Positions 10,201 to 19,657 of a stretch of DNA of 64,000 nt are shown here, piece by piece. The stretch lies in the NCBI GenBank assembly GCA_051013385.1, contig CP143273.1, positions 1,792,001 through 1,856,000 of the forward strand, written 5' to 3'. The DNA comes from Phormidium sp. (lineage in GTDB: Bacteria; Cyanobacteriota; Cyanobacteriia; Cyanobacteriales; Aerosakkonemataceae). The notes below the pieces were generated by a model. It was given only the letters and a program-made list of their open reading frames with translations, did no database searches and was not told the DNA's origin. The number at the start of each line of letters is the position of its first letter. Position 1 is the stretch's first letter. The translations under genes and the position numbers were made by a program.

Positions 10201-12671
10201 ACAATCAGTTACGCGGCGGTGCTGGTAACGACTTGATTTTAGGCGGTGCAGGCAATGACTTGCTGGTAGGTGGGGCTGGTGCCGATACCTTAGACGGTGA
10301 ATCGGGTATGGATGCCGTTTCGTACATTGGTTCTGCTGCGGGAGTTTCGATTAATTTGGCAACTGGAACTGCAACGGGTGGCGATGCCCAAGGCGATGTG
10401 TTGCGATCGATCGAACGGGTAGAAGGTTCAGAAAAAGCCGATATCCTAATTGGTGACAGCAGCAATAACATCCTCAGCGGTTTAGCAGGTAACGATTCGC
10501 TCAACGGCGATGCTGGTAACGACTTGCTCAACGGCGATGCTGGAGCAGATACGATCGATGGCAGTGCAGGCGACGATACAGTTTCTTATGCTACATCGAA
10601 CCCTGGTACATCCAACGCTGGCGTTACGGTTAACTTGGCAACGGGAGCGGTTTCAGGCGGACACGCTGCGGGGGATGTGCTGGTATCAGTAGAAAACATT
10701 ATCGGCTCTAACTTCAACGACAACCTCACCGGAAACGCTGGTAACAATATTATCAACCCCGGTTTAGGTGTGAATTACGCCTACGGTGGCGACGGTGACG
10801 ACTTGCTGATTATGGACTTTTCAGTTAACGAAACAGGCAAGGGTGTAAGTAGTTCTAGCGGCTGGATTTCACGGCAAAACAGCAACGGTATTGGCAACGC
10901 TGATGCCGTTTATCAAGCCCAGTTTGAGCGGTTCCACATTACTGGTACCAGTTCTAACGATCAATGGACGGGTGCTGTAGGTAACGATACGATGATCGGC
11001 GGTTTGGGCGACGATACTATCTCCAGCAGTAGCGGCAATGATTCGATTCTGGGCGGTGCTGGCAACGACAGCCTCAACGGTGAGACTGGCAATGATTGGA
11101 TCTTTGGCGGTGATGGCGATGACTTTATTCGTGTCACCGACAACGACCCCAATAAAAACGATACCCTGGATGGTGGTGCGGGAATTGACACCCTGGTAGC
11201 AGACTTCTCTAACCAAACCCAGGCAATGGTATTCGATAGTACCAACCCGACAGCCGCCCAATATACCTTTGCCGATGGGACAACAGTTCGCAATTTTGAA
11301 GTGTTCCAAACCCTGAGAACGGGCAGCGGTAATGACCAAATTGTGCAATTGGGACGGGTTAGTAACACCTTCTCCGGGGGTGCAGGTAACGATACGATTA
11401 ACGCGGGTTTGGGTATCAATGATATGGTGAGCGGAGATGCAGGCGACGACTTGCTAATTCTGGACTATTCGGTTGGGGATACTGGCAAAGCTGTAATTTT
11501 TGGCACTAATGGCTGGATTTCTCGCCAAAATAGCAACGGTATTGGCAACGCTGATGCCCTATTCCATAATGGATTCGAGCGATTTTACACGATCGGTACT
11601 GACTATAACGATCAATTGTTGGGTGTTGCTGGTAACGATACATTGATCGGTGGTTTGGGCAATGATACTATCTCTAGCGGTACTGGGAATGACTCGATCG
11701 TTGGCGGTGCGGGTAACGATAGCTTAGATGCGGCTACGGGTAGCGATCGCATTTTCGCTGGCGATGGCGATGATTGGGTAAGAGTTATCAATGACGTTAC
11801 CAGTCAAAACGATACCCTCGATGGTGGCGCTGGCATCGATACCCTTGCCGCTGCCGACTTCTCCAACCAAACTCAAGGTATGGTGTTCGATAGCAGCAAT
11901 CCCATCCCCGAACAAATCTTTGCCGATGGCACAACTATCAGGGATTTTGAAGTGTTCGTTAATTTGACTACAGGTGCGGGTAGCGATCGCATAACACAGT
12001 TGGGACGCTTAAACAACGATTTCCGCGCTGGTGCAGGCAACGATACAATTAACCCCGGTTTGGGTGCCAATGATTATCTGCTGGGAGATGCAGGCGACGA
12101 CTTGCTGATTCTCGACTATTCTGTGGGAGATACTGGCAAGGGCGTTATCAGTTCCAATGGTGTATGGATTAGTCGCCAAAATAGCAGCGGCACAGGCAAC
12201 GCCGATCACCTTTACTACAACGGGTTTGAGCGCTTGCACATTACCGGAACTGATTATAACGACCAACTGCTAGGGGCGACTGGTAGCGATACCCTATCCA
12301 CTGGTGCGGGAGATGATACCTTGACCGGAAATGGCGGTGCCGATATCCTCAGAGCAGGTGTTGGTAACGATGTCTACTCAGTCAACACCGCATCTGGTGG
12401 CACTCAAATCCAAGATGCAGGCGGTACAGATTCCCTCATTCTGTCTGGAATTACCTTGTCTCTAAACCGTCCAAATACCACTTCTCATGGTATCCAACGC
12501 AATGGTACAACGTTGGCGATCGATCTTAACCGGGATGGGGTAATCAATGCCGCCCAAGATTTGACAATCCTAGACTTCTTTGCCGGAACTTCTGGTAATC
12601 AAGCAGGTGTTGGTTTCATTGAAACTGTGGGCAATCTCGCTGGCAATAATATTCTGAACTCTGGGATCTAA
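7224..12671 (+). CDS. Large RTX/hemolysin-type Ca2+-binding repeat surface protein (true start may be 7287 or 7341)
   Basis: Many GGxGxDxLx nonapeptides from about aa 880 onward, a beta-rich N-terminal half, and no Sec signal peptide, consistent with a T1SS substrate. Confidence 0.9.
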   Translation: MKLHKRHHKVASCDRTLGEILMQLFPFTTSISSQVKERQMLELTNNSNFPETIDEVFAEKSHLENTELEAEKPTITSSNSSGDKSLESQKGNSVEILSNSLLSENNSFKPGNKPDFVTDFPGQNLSELVLPIQAQADFAVTSVTTTSYTGGNIGDVINGVDGLFDTLQNAVNQRIFGNALPIVGNQLQNSNQSEVNFIKDFEDDVLGKLREKLDGIGNKTPELVREALAEALGNNGLKLLQDANNDGQVNSQDIGLIQTADDVKFDLKLKQSVKSFNTSLASNIGIPGLGLTTNGNAQVGIGFDFNLKFGVHKTNGFYFDTSATDELKIGVNASTPNLDATGKLGFLQLNVKDKGSQFNSTFSVDLRDADNQLRFSELPSVNLANLVSAKLTGGADVKLGLATTFNGSTIWPSVSSDFNLNWTFNNALADPSQNQTFGNRPTVAFDNVKLNMGSFFSNFARPVLENVQKITQPLQPVIEALTTPIDMGVNKFTLLDVAQQMGKIDQNDRNFIESISQVVRVVNSIPTSSDLSIDLGKFNLGTTDIRANNFNLSTVNPTITLPTIPTLSQMPTGSAEANFVSSFKSIPGAGLQFPILEDPKQAFNLFLGKDADLFKYDLPRFEFNFDYSQIFPILGPLSAEIKGQVSAAADVDFGYDTAGLRQFGQSGNVADIANGFYVNDPTTPELMLNARLEAFAAINAVLGSAGVGGGIYGNINFDLKDPNNDQKVRFNELVELLQNPLTMFDTSGELSAGLTAYARFGVDPFMHSFQYDSPRLTLLSFGNNTGSGSGQPQPTSATILSGGVLRLNMGPNAIDRTNGNTTDGSEVFRIARVSGTAGNETLSVTAFNVTREYSGISKIVADGGENDDLIELHSAVLTAAELAGGKGQDQLIGGSGNDSLNGGDGWDKLVGGNGSDSLLGGTGDDLLVGGAGVDLLNGGDGFDIASYETATAGVLVNLGTNTGTGDAAGDIFQSIERVDGSNFDDTLIGDSGDNQLRGGAGNDLILGGAGNDLLVGGAGADTLDGESGMDAVSYIGSAAGVSINLATGTATGGDAQGDVLRSIERVEGSEKADILIGDSSNNILSGLAGNDSLNGDAGNDLLNGDAGADTIDGSAGDDTVSYATSNPGTSNAGVTVNLATGAVSGGHAAGDVLVSVENIIGSNFNDNLTGNAGNNIINPGLGVNYAYGGDGDDLLIMDFSVNETGKGVSSSSGWISRQNSNGIGNADAVYQAQFERFHITGTSSNDQWTGAVGNDTMIGGLGDDTISSSSGNDSILGGAGNDSLNGETGNDWIFGGDGDDFIRVTDNDPNKNDTLDGGAGIDTLVADFSNQTQAMVFDSTNPTAAQYTFADGTTVRNFEVFQTLRTGSGNDQIVQLGRVSNTFSGGAGNDTINAGLGINDMVSGDAGDDLLILDYSVGDTGKAVIFGTNGWISRQNSNGIGNADALFHNGFERFYTIGTDYNDQLLGVAGNDTLIGGLGNDTISSGTGNDSIVGGAGNDSLDAATGSDRIFAGDGDDWVRVINDVTSQNDTLDGGAGIDTLAAADFSNQTQGMVFDSSNPIPEQIFADGTTIRDFEVFVNLTTGAGSDRITQLGRLNNDFRAGAGNDTINPGLGANDYLLGDAGDDLLILDYSVGDTGKGVISSNGVWISRQNSSGTGNADHLYYNGFERLHITGTDYNDQLLGATGSDTLSTGAGDDTLTGNGGADILRAGVGNDVYSVNTASGGTQIQDAGGTDSLILSGITLSLNRPNTTSHGIQRNGTTLAIDLNRDGVINAAQDLTILDFFAGTSGNQAGVGFIETVGNLAGNNILNSGI

Positions 12672-12682
12672 TATCGATTACC

Positions 12683-12755
12683 TGGGGACAAGGGAAAGTT
12701 TTGAGTGTAATCGACTTCTCCTTGTCCCCTTGTCTCCTTGTCCCCCAGTCCCCAA
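12683..12755. repeat. STRR-type 8-mer repeats (CCTTGTCC) between convergent genes
   Basis: ggggacaaggg ... ccttgtccccttgtctccttgtcccccagtcccc. Confidence 0.6.
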
Positions 12756-12757
12756 GC

Positions 12758-13849
12758 CTACTGCACGCTACCTGGAGGCGGTACGGGGATATTTAGGGGT
12801 TGAGAGGGTTGTACTATTGTTCCGGTTCCGGGGGGTAGGGGGATGATGGCGGGTTTATTGCGATCGCCACTATCTCCCGTTGCCGCTGGGGGTGGGGGTA
12901 GATTTGCCGGAAGGTTGAAAGTCGGCTGTTGTCCGGTTTCTGGAACTACTGGCGGCGAAGGATTGGGATTTTCGGCTGTACCTACCATTTGTCGCAGGTA
13001 GGACTTGGGATCTTCTGCTACCCAGCCTAAATCGGAGTTATAACGTATTTCAAAATGTAAATGGGCAGTTTCAATATCCGGGCTACCTGTGCTACCGACA
13101 GTTCCTAATTGTTGCCCCTGTCTTACTGGTTGTCCAGTGGTAACAGTAATACTACCCAAATGTGCATAGCGAGTTTGTTGTCCTTCTTGATGATTTACAA
13201 CTACCAAATAACCATAATCTCCGCGATCGCCAGCATAAGCCACAATGCCATCTCCAGCCGCTAAAACTGGCGTACCTCGGTTAGCAAGTAAATCTAACCC
13301 ACTGTGAAAAAATACTTTGCGCGTACTCGGATGTAGCAACCAACCGTATCCCAAAGCTACAGGCGCTACAGTTGGCAAAGGATAGCCTTTGAGAGTGGTA
13401 CTCTCAATAAAATTATCGCTGCCTGCTGGCGACCAATTTACCCCAGGCAAAAACACAATTCTCAGGTCTTCCTGACAACCATTGGTTTCATATACCAACA
13501 CATCTCGCACCTTATAAGCTGCCGCAACATCTCGCCAAGTTTGATTTGCGGGAACTTCCACCACTACCCCATTAAAAGGCGGAATGATAATTTCACTCCC
13601 CGCCCGGACTTCACCTTGTCTGATGCTGGGGTTCATTCCCATCAGGGTAGCCGGAATCAAGTTATAAAGTCTGGCAATACTCTCTATTGTCTCTCCTGGC
13701 GCAACTAAGTGTTTTTTGAGCCGGGATAAAGCTGGTTCAGGACAGTTGAGGTTGTTAGCCTCCACTGCGTTGGCTTTTATTCCCGCCAGGGGAATATTTA
13801 GCCATAAAAGTGTTATGAGAAGGGTCAGTTGTCCTTTGTTAATTTTCAT
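12758..13849 (-). CDS. LysM + M23 family peptidoglycan metallopeptidase with Pro-rich tail
   Basis: LysM (HLVAPGETIESIARLYNL), M23 motifs HSGLD, YAHL and HLHFEIR. Confidence 0.92.
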   Translation of the reverse strand: MKINKGQLTLLITLLWLNIPLAGIKANAVEANNLNCPEPALSRLKKHLVAPGETIESIARLYNLIPATLMGMNPSIRQGEVRAGSEIIIPPFNGVVVEVPANQTWRDVAAAYKVRDVLVYETNGCQEDLRIVFLPGVNWSPAGSDNFIESTTLKGYPLPTVAPVALGYGWLLHPSTRKVFFHSGLDLLANRGTPVLAAGDGIVAYAGDRGDYGYLVVVNHQEGQQTRYAHLGSITVTTGQPVRQGQQLGTVGSTGSPDIETAHLHFEIRYNSDLGWVAEDPKSYLRQMVGTAENPNPSPPVVPETGQQPTFNLPANLPPPPAATGDSGDRNKPAIIPLPPGTGTIVQPSQPLNIPVPPPGSVQ

Positions 13850-14015
13850 TTGCCAAGTGTTCCATTTCCTTCGCCATTTGTTATCTTCAGTTTTTTATAG
13901 CCCTTTGTTCCCCGCTATTTTAAGGTTGACTGCCCCGGATCAGGCAGGTCGCCAGCAAAGAACAGGCTAAATTAGATTTCATTACTAGTTTCTGTTTGTT
14001 TGGGCATGATGAATT

Positions 14016-15224
14016 ATGAGTTTATCTTTTAAACAACTGACTCTTTATTTAACTTTACTGAGTTTAGGTGGTGGGGCTGGAATCTTAGGCAACCGCTATC
14101 TACAATCAGAAAATCCTATCAGACAGACTGCCTCAATGACACCCGTAATCCAGCAGCCGCTACCGCCTCAGCCTAGCCCGTCGTTAGGTAGACTGCCCAT
14201 TTCACCGGGTAATGTTAATTTTATCGCTGAGGCTGCCCAAAAAGTAGGCCCAGCAGTGGTTCGCATTGATGCGGCGCGGAAAGTGGAAACTCCTTTACCA
14301 GAACTGTTTAAAAACCCTCTATTTAGAGGGTTTTTTGGTACTGAAAAGCCTGTACCATCAGATGAACGGGTAGAACGGGGTACGGGATCGGGTGTAATTT
14401 TGTCTGCGGATGGGCGTTTGGTGACTAATGCTCATGTGGTGGCGGGAGCAGATATTGTGAGAGTGACGCTCAAAGATGGTCGCTCTCTGGATGGTCGGGT
14501 GATTGGTGTGGATCAGCTTACCGATCTAGCGGTGGTTAAAATTGAGGCGAAGGATTTACCTACGGTAAGTTTGGGTAGTTCGCAAAATTTGATTCCGGGA
14601 GAGTGGGCGATCGCGATCGGTAATCCCTTGGGTTTGGATAATACTGTCACTGTGGGGATTATCAGCGCAACAGGTCGTTCTAGTTCCCAAGTGGGTGTCC
14701 CAGATAAAAGAGTTAATTTTATTCAAACTGATGCCGCGATTAACCCCGGAAACTCTGGCGGACCTTTGTTAAACTCAAATGGCGAAGTGATTGGGATTAA
14801 TACGGCGATTCGCGCTGGTGCTCAAGGGTTGGGTTTTGCGATTCCGATCGAAACTGCTCAAAGAGTCGCTAATCAACTGTTTGATAAAGGTCGTGCAGAA
14901 CATCCATTCTTGGGCGTTCAGATGGTGACTCTCTCTCCAGAAATGAGAAACAAAGTTAGTCAGGAAACTGATTTGAAAATTACTCAAGATCGAGGAGTCT
15001 TGATCGTGCGAGTTCTGGAAAAGTCGCCAGCCGAAAAAGCAGGTCTACGCGCAGGTGACATCATCGAGAAAATTGGCGACCTGACTGTTGAAGATACTTC
15101 TGCTGTACAGCAAGTGGTGGAATCTAACGAGGTTGGTGTGGTTCTGGAAATGGAAGTGAACCGCAATGGTCGCAGACAAAAGCTCCAAGTAAAAACGGGA
15201 GTTTATCCAAAACGGCTGAATTAG
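14016..15224 (+). CDS. HtrA/HhoA/HhoB family serine protease with PDZ domain
   Basis: TNAHVV, DLAVVK, TDAAINPGNSGGPL, C-terminal PDZ. Confidence 0.95.
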   Translation: MSLSFKQLTLYLTLLSLGGGAGILGNRYLQSENPIRQTASMTPVIQQPLPPQPSPSLGRLPISPGNVNFIAEAAQKVGPAVVRIDAARKVETPLPELFKNPLFRGFFGTEKPVPSDERVERGTGSGVILSADGRLVTNAHVVAGADIVRVTLKDGRSLDGRVIGVDQLTDLAVVKIEAKDLPTVSLGSSQNLIPGEWAIAIGNPLGLDNTVTVGIISATGRSSSQVGVPDKRVNFIQTDAAINPGNSGGPLLNSNGEVIGINTAIRAGAQGLGFAIPIETAQRVANQLFDKGRAEHPFLGVQMVTLSPEMRNKVSQETDLKITQDRGVLIVRVLEKSPAEKAGLRAGDIIEKIGDLTVEDTSAVQQVVESNEVGVVLEMEVNRNGRRQKLQVKTGVYPKRLN

Positions 15225-15382
15225 CACCAATTTTAGATTTTAGAATGTGGATTTTAGGTTCTTTGGTTGATTTGTGCGATCTTCTTTGGTTGCGTCACTA
15301 AGAATCTAAAATCTCAAATCTAAAATTAACCTAAAATTGATGCGGGTTCACTTCTTTTCTGAGTACGGGGTGTGCCATTGGT

Positions 15383-15748
15383 TTAAAACGGTGACTCACC
15401 TGATTTTTCATCTTTAGCTGAGTCCGAGAGTGTATGCGACCCTAGAAGACTCTCTTCTAGCTGCATTCGTTGTTCCATTTGGCGCAGAAAATAGCCAGTC
15501 ATCATCGCTGAAGCTAACAGCCCAGCCAGGTTTTCCCGGTCTGTAGTAATTTCGACATTAAAATGTTCCCCTGGCAACATCCCGACTAAACCTTGGACGT
15601 TCTGGGAAATGATTTGTTTGATTTCGGGACTGACTGACTTAGCGACACGCTCCAAAACTTCCGGCGACTGATGCTGGAGATAAGTCAACAACTCATTAGT
15701 TTGAGTATCTTGGGCGTTGCTACTGAGATGGTTGGGGTTAAAGACCAT
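15383..15748 (-). CDS. DUF760 domain protein
   Basis: LLTYLQHQSPEVL...QNVQGLVGMLP..F.V.ITT.RENLAGLLASAMMTGYFLRQMEQR. Confidence 0.88.
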   Translation of the reverse strand: MVFNPNHLSSNAQDTQTNELLTYLQHQSPEVLERVAKSVSPEIKQIISQNVQGLVGMLPGEHFNVEITTDRENLAGLLASAMMTGYFLRQMEQRMQLEESLLGSHTLSDSAKDEKSGESPF

Positions 15749-15802
15749 GTGAATCCCACTTGTTTTACTATTACTAATCTAATCGATTTTGATATCAATG
15801 AA

Positions 15803-15978
15803 GGGGACTGGGGACTGGGGACTGGGGACTGGGGACTGGGGACAAGGGGACAAGGGGACAAGGGGACAAGGGGACAAGGGTAATTTTTATCTTCTGCTCC
15901 CCTGCTCCCCTGCTCCCCTGCTCCCCTGCCCCTCTGCTCCCCTGCCCCTCTGCCCCTCTGCCCCCCTGCTCCCCTGCC
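15803..15978. repeat. Compound STRR array: (GGGGACT)n, (GGGGACAA)n, (CCCCTGCT)n
   Basis: 7- and 8-mer tandem repeats directly visible between DUF760 and scpB. Confidence 0.92.
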
Positions 15979-16473
15979 TCATTTCTGTGCTGGTTGTTCA
16001 AGCACTTTGGGGAGTTCTTCGAGTTGAAAGTATTGGTAAAATTTATCTGTGACTTGTAGCCAGTACGATCGACTATCGGTTTGGCGGCGTTTGCGAACAT
16101 AGCCTAATTCTACTAGTTCTTGCACTTGTTGATAGGCTCCTGAACCTCTTAAGTCTACTAATTCTGTTTGGGACATTGGGCCTTTGAGGGCGATCGCAGC
16201 GAGTGTTCTTAATGCCCCGACTCCTAGTTCTGGGGGGATTAAATTTTGCATTAGGGTATGAAAGGTCGATCGCAATTGTAAGCTGTAACCTTCGGGTGTT
16301 TCGACTACTTCTAGGGCACTGTCGCGATGTGCGTAGTCGTTGATTAGTTCGATCAGTGCTTCTTTGACTTCGGACCGATCGCAGCCAGCATACTCAGCGA
16401 TTTCTGATAACGAAAGTGGCTGACCTTTTAAATACAGAATTGCTTCAATTTTAGTTGCTAAACGATGCGACAT
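15979..16473 (-). CDS. scpB: SMC-Scp complex subunit ScpB
   Basis: KIEAILY..GQPLSL.EIA, ALRTLAAIALKGP...ELVDLRGSGAYQQVQELVELG. Confidence 0.92.
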   Translation of the reverse strand: MSHRLATKIEAILYLKGQPLSLSEIAEYAGCDRSEVKEALIELINDYAHRDSALEVVETPEGYSLQLRSTFHTLMQNLIPPELGVGALRTLAAIALKGPMSQTELVDLRGSGAYQQVQELVELGYVRKRRQTDSRSYWLQVTDKFYQYFQLEELPKVLEQPAQK

Positions 16474-16540
16474 CTGATGTTTAAGTTAAATGTTACCATT
16501 TTCGAGAAACTGGTGTTTCTGGATCTAGCATGATAGCATT

Positions 16541-16644
16541 TAGGACTTACGCTCCCAACCCGGTTTTTTAACGTAATTGGGTTATTTCAGCGTTAGAGTA
16601 GTAACGAAAAACCGGGTTTCTTGGCCTATGGTGCGTAAGTCCTA
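16541..16644. mobile_element. MITE-like element with TIR (T)AGGACTTACGC/GCGTAAGTCCT(A) and a 7-8 bp target-site duplication
   Basis: TIRs at 16541-16552 and 16633-16644; internal AACCCGGTTTTT/AAAAACCGGGTT inverted pair; TAGCATTT direct repeat at 16534-16541 and 16643-16650. Confidence 0.8.
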
Positions 16645-16670
16645 GCATTTTCGCTATTGCTGATTACTGT

Positions 16671-17897
16671 TTAAGTTAATTCTATTTTGAATTTATTTCC
16701 TTTTTGTTTCACATTGAAACAATTACATGATTTGAGAAATTTACTTAAGGTGCTACCTAAACCTAATTCTTTAATTACAGACCGAGGCGGTTTGCCATAA
16801 ATAGTCATAAATTCTTTGGCTAATACATTCAGAGAAATATCTTCTTCTGGATTTTGTGACTTAATTTTTTTCATTAATTCAATCAAGGCTTTTTCTAATT
16901 TTTCTTTGCTGTCGATCGTTCCTAATATATTTCCGTTAGTTACGGTTCCGTTGCGATCGCCATTCTCCGAACCCTTGATATGATTGATAATCATCTCTGG
17001 GGTTAAATTGCTGCTATTAACTGATTTGTTAGCTGTTTTTGGCGATTTTTCGCTAACAACATTTTCTTGTTTAACAATACTAGATCTAGCTTGAAATAGT
17101 GCCGAAAAAGCCGAGATTTTTGATAGTCTTTCGTCGATCGATTCTCGCTCGGACTGAATTAAACTTTCTAATTGACTCATTAACATATCTAAAGAAGGAA
17201 TTTCCGTATTTAAGCTAATCGAGTAATGTTTAGTTTCTCCAGTCTGGCGATTTTCGACTATTAATTTTTCTTCTTTACGGCGAACCCAATAAACTAACAT
17301 ACCATGATTTTGTAACTGATGACAAAGGTGCATTAATAACCCATCCGAGGAACAAATAAATACTTCTTTAACCTGGGGATAGGGTTTAAAAATTGATGCG
17401 CCAAAAGCAATCATTTTGGCATCGGCGCTGTTTTTGCCGTTGGGTACATGAATTAATTGATAACCGCGATCGTACAAATCAACATCTTGTTTTGCCATCG
17501 ACGCATTTCTCCAATTGGCAAAAGCAATTTTAATTAACTGCGGAGATTGCGCTAAACTAAGGAGAAACTTTTCCGCATTCTGGTCAATTTTCAGGTTTTC
17601 CGCATCTAAAAGCAACACAGAAACTACACTTTCAGCAGCAGAGATAATTTCCTCATCCATCTGCATATCTGAGGGCAAATTTTGAGGTTCATTACTCTCA
17701 TTAACAGGTGTGACTTCTGGGATTGACTCCGATTCTAAAACGGTGGCAACTTCTGGGGCAGAAATTTCCGTAGTTGACAATACAAAATTAGCTGTCTCTA
17801 AAAATTGTCGCCCACAATTTTTGCACAAATAATTTTGTCTGCCATTGCGACGACCATTTTTGCGATAAGAAGTAGATTGGCATTGGGGACATTTCAT
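16671..17897 (-). CDS. InsA-like zinc ribbon + NYN (PIN-like) ribonuclease domain + C-terminal LOTUS/OST-HTH-like domain
   Basis: MKCPQCQS...KNG....QNYLCKNCGRQF; NYN motifs LLLDAEN, GKNSADAKM and CSSDG; C-terminal L.KEF..IYG......LGLGS.LSKFLKSC. Confidence 0.8.
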   Translation of the reverse strand: MKCPQCQSTSYRKNGRRNGRQNYLCKNCGRQFLETANFVLSTTEISAPEVATVLESESIPEVTPVNESNEPQNLPSDMQMDEEIISAAESVVSVLLLDAENLKIDQNAEKFLLSLAQSPQLIKIAFANWRNASMAKQDVDLYDRGYQLIHVPNGKNSADAKMIAFGASIFKPYPQVKEVFICSSDGLLMHLCHQLQNHGMLVYWVRRKEEKLIVENRQTGETKHYSISLNTEIPSLDMLMSQLESLIQSERESIDERLSKISAFSALFQARSSIVKQENVVSEKSPKTANKSVNSSNLTPEMIINHIKGSENGDRNGTVTNGNILGTIDSKEKLEKALIELMKKIKSQNPEEDISLNVLAKEFMTIYGKPPRSVIKELGLGSTLSKFLKSCNCFNVKQKGNKFKIELT

Positions 17898-17979
17898 GTT
17901 TACCCTCAAAGAAACTGTCCTGACTTAGTAGCACGTTCTCACATAATATAAAAAAGGATGTTTTACAAATCTTAAAATA

Positions 17980-19488
17980 ATGGCTAGAGATTTACGGGGA
18001 TTTATTAAACTACTGGAAGAACGGGGACAATTACGGCGAATTACCGCATTGGTTGACCCAGATTTGGAAATTGCCGAGATTTCTAACCAAATGCTACAAC
18101 GGGGTGGGCCTGCGTTACTATTTGAAAATGTTAAAGGTTCTCCTTTTCCGGTCGCGGTAAATTTAATGGGGACGGTGGAAAGGATTTGCTGGGCGATGAA
18201 TATGCAGCATCCTTTGGAGTTGGAAGATTTGGGGAAAAAGTTGGCGATGTTGCAACAACCAAAACCTCCGAAAAAGATCGCTCAGGCGGTAGAGTTTGGT
18301 AAAGTGTTGTTTGATGTGCTGAAAGCGAAACCAGGGCGGGATTTTTTCCCATCTTGTCAACAGGTGGTAATTCAAGGTGATGATTTAGATCTTAATCAAA
18401 TTCCGATGATTCGCCCTTATCCGGGTGATGCGGGGAAGATTATTACTTTGGGATTGGTGATTACTAAAGATTGCGAAACGGGAACACCAAATGTGGGGGT
18501 TTATCGCTTGCAATTGCAATCTCGCAACACTATGACTGTGCATTGGTTGTCTGTGCGAGGTGGGGCGAGACATTTACGGAAGGCGGCGCAACAGGGGAAG
18601 AAGCTGGAAATTGCGATCGCTCTAGGCGTAGATCCTCTCATTATTATGGCAGCTGCAACTCCAATTCCTGTAGATTTATCTGAGTGGTTATTTGCTGGAT
18701 TATACGGTGGTTCTGGTGTCCAGTTGGCGAAGTGTAAAACCGTAGATTTGGAAGTTCCCGCAGATTCGGAATTTGTTTTAGAAGGGACAATCACACCAGG
18801 GGAAGAGTTACCAGATGGCCCGTTTGGGGATCACATGGGATATTATGGCGGGGTGGAAGATTCGCCATTAGTTCGGTTCCAATGTGTGACGCATCGCAAA
18901 GATCCGATTTATTTGACGACTTTTAGTGGTCGTCCACCGAAGGAAGAAGCAATGATGGCGATCGCGCTTAATCGCATTTACACTCCAATTTTACGCCAAC
19001 AAGTCTCGGAAATTGTCGATTTCTTCCTCCCAATGGAAGCACTAAGTTACAAAGCAGCAATCATCTCCATTGATAAAGCATATCCCGGACAAGCAAGACG
19101 CGCCGCCCTAGCTTTTTGGAGTGCCTTACCTCAATTTACTTACACCAAGTTTGTCATTGTGGTGGATAAAAATATCAATGTCCGCGATCCCCGCCAAGTT
19201 GTTTGGGCAATTTGTTCTAAAGTAGACCCCACAAGAGATGTATTTATTCTGCCAAATACACCTTTTGACAGTTTAGACTTTGCTAGCGAAAAAATCGGTT
19301 TAGGTGGCAGAATGGGAATAGATGCAACTACCAAAATACCACCAGAAACCGAACACGAATGGGGCGCACCTTTGGAGTCCGATACCGACGTGGCGGCGAT
19401 GGTGGAAAGACGCTGGGCGGAGTATGGTTTAGCAGACTTGCAATTAGGAGAAGTCGATCCGAATTTGTTTGGTTATGATGTTAAATAG
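17980..19488 (+). CDS. ubiD: UbiD family (prFMN-dependent) decarboxylase
   Basis: MARDLRGFIKLLEERGQL, NVGVYRLQ, GPFGDHMGYY, GRPPKEE, GIDAT. Confidence 0.93.
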   Translation: MARDLRGFIKLLEERGQLRRITALVDPDLEIAEISNQMLQRGGPALLFENVKGSPFPVAVNLMGTVERICWAMNMQHPLELEDLGKKLAMLQQPKPPKKIAQAVEFGKVLFDVLKAKPGRDFFPSCQQVVIQGDDLDLNQIPMIRPYPGDAGKIITLGLVITKDCETGTPNVGVYRLQLQSRNTMTVHWLSVRGGARHLRKAAQQGKKLEIAIALGVDPLIIMAAATPIPVDLSEWLFAGLYGGSGVQLAKCKTVDLEVPADSEFVLEGTITPGEELPDGPFGDHMGYYGGVEDSPLVRFQCVTHRKDPIYLTTFSGRPPKEEAMMAIALNRIYTPILRQQVSEIVDFFLPMEALSYKAAIISIDKAYPGQARRAALAFWSALPQFTYTKFVIVVDKNINVRDPRQVVWAICSKVDPTRDVFILPNTPFDSLDFASEKIGLGGRMGIDATTKIPPETEHEWGAPLESDTDVAAMVERRWAEYGLADLQLGEVDPNLFGYDVK

Positions 19489-19657
19489 ATAGCTTTATTT
19501 ACCCAAGTAATTGGGTGCAGGATACCGTTTCAAGAATTTCATAGTTGTCGGGTGGGTAGCTAGTCACTCCCACCCGGAGGGTATGTTTGGGAATGTTGAA
19601 AAACTGTTCTCAAGCAAAGCTATTTATCTTAATTCCACAACTTTAAATAGCTGACAA

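Noticed and set aside
8525..12266. Antisense ORFs inside the RTX gene
   Set aside because: Shadow frames of Gly/Asp-rich repeats with no independent coding signal.
15671..16100. ORFs of 70, 87 and 101 aa across the STRR array
   Set aside because: They are translations of 7/8-mer repeats (GTGDWGL, PCSPAPLL) and overlap real genes.
17790..17897. IS1-family transposase
   Set aside because: Only the zinc-ribbon segment is present, in frame with an NYN domain; there is no InsB/DDE domain or IS terminal repeat.
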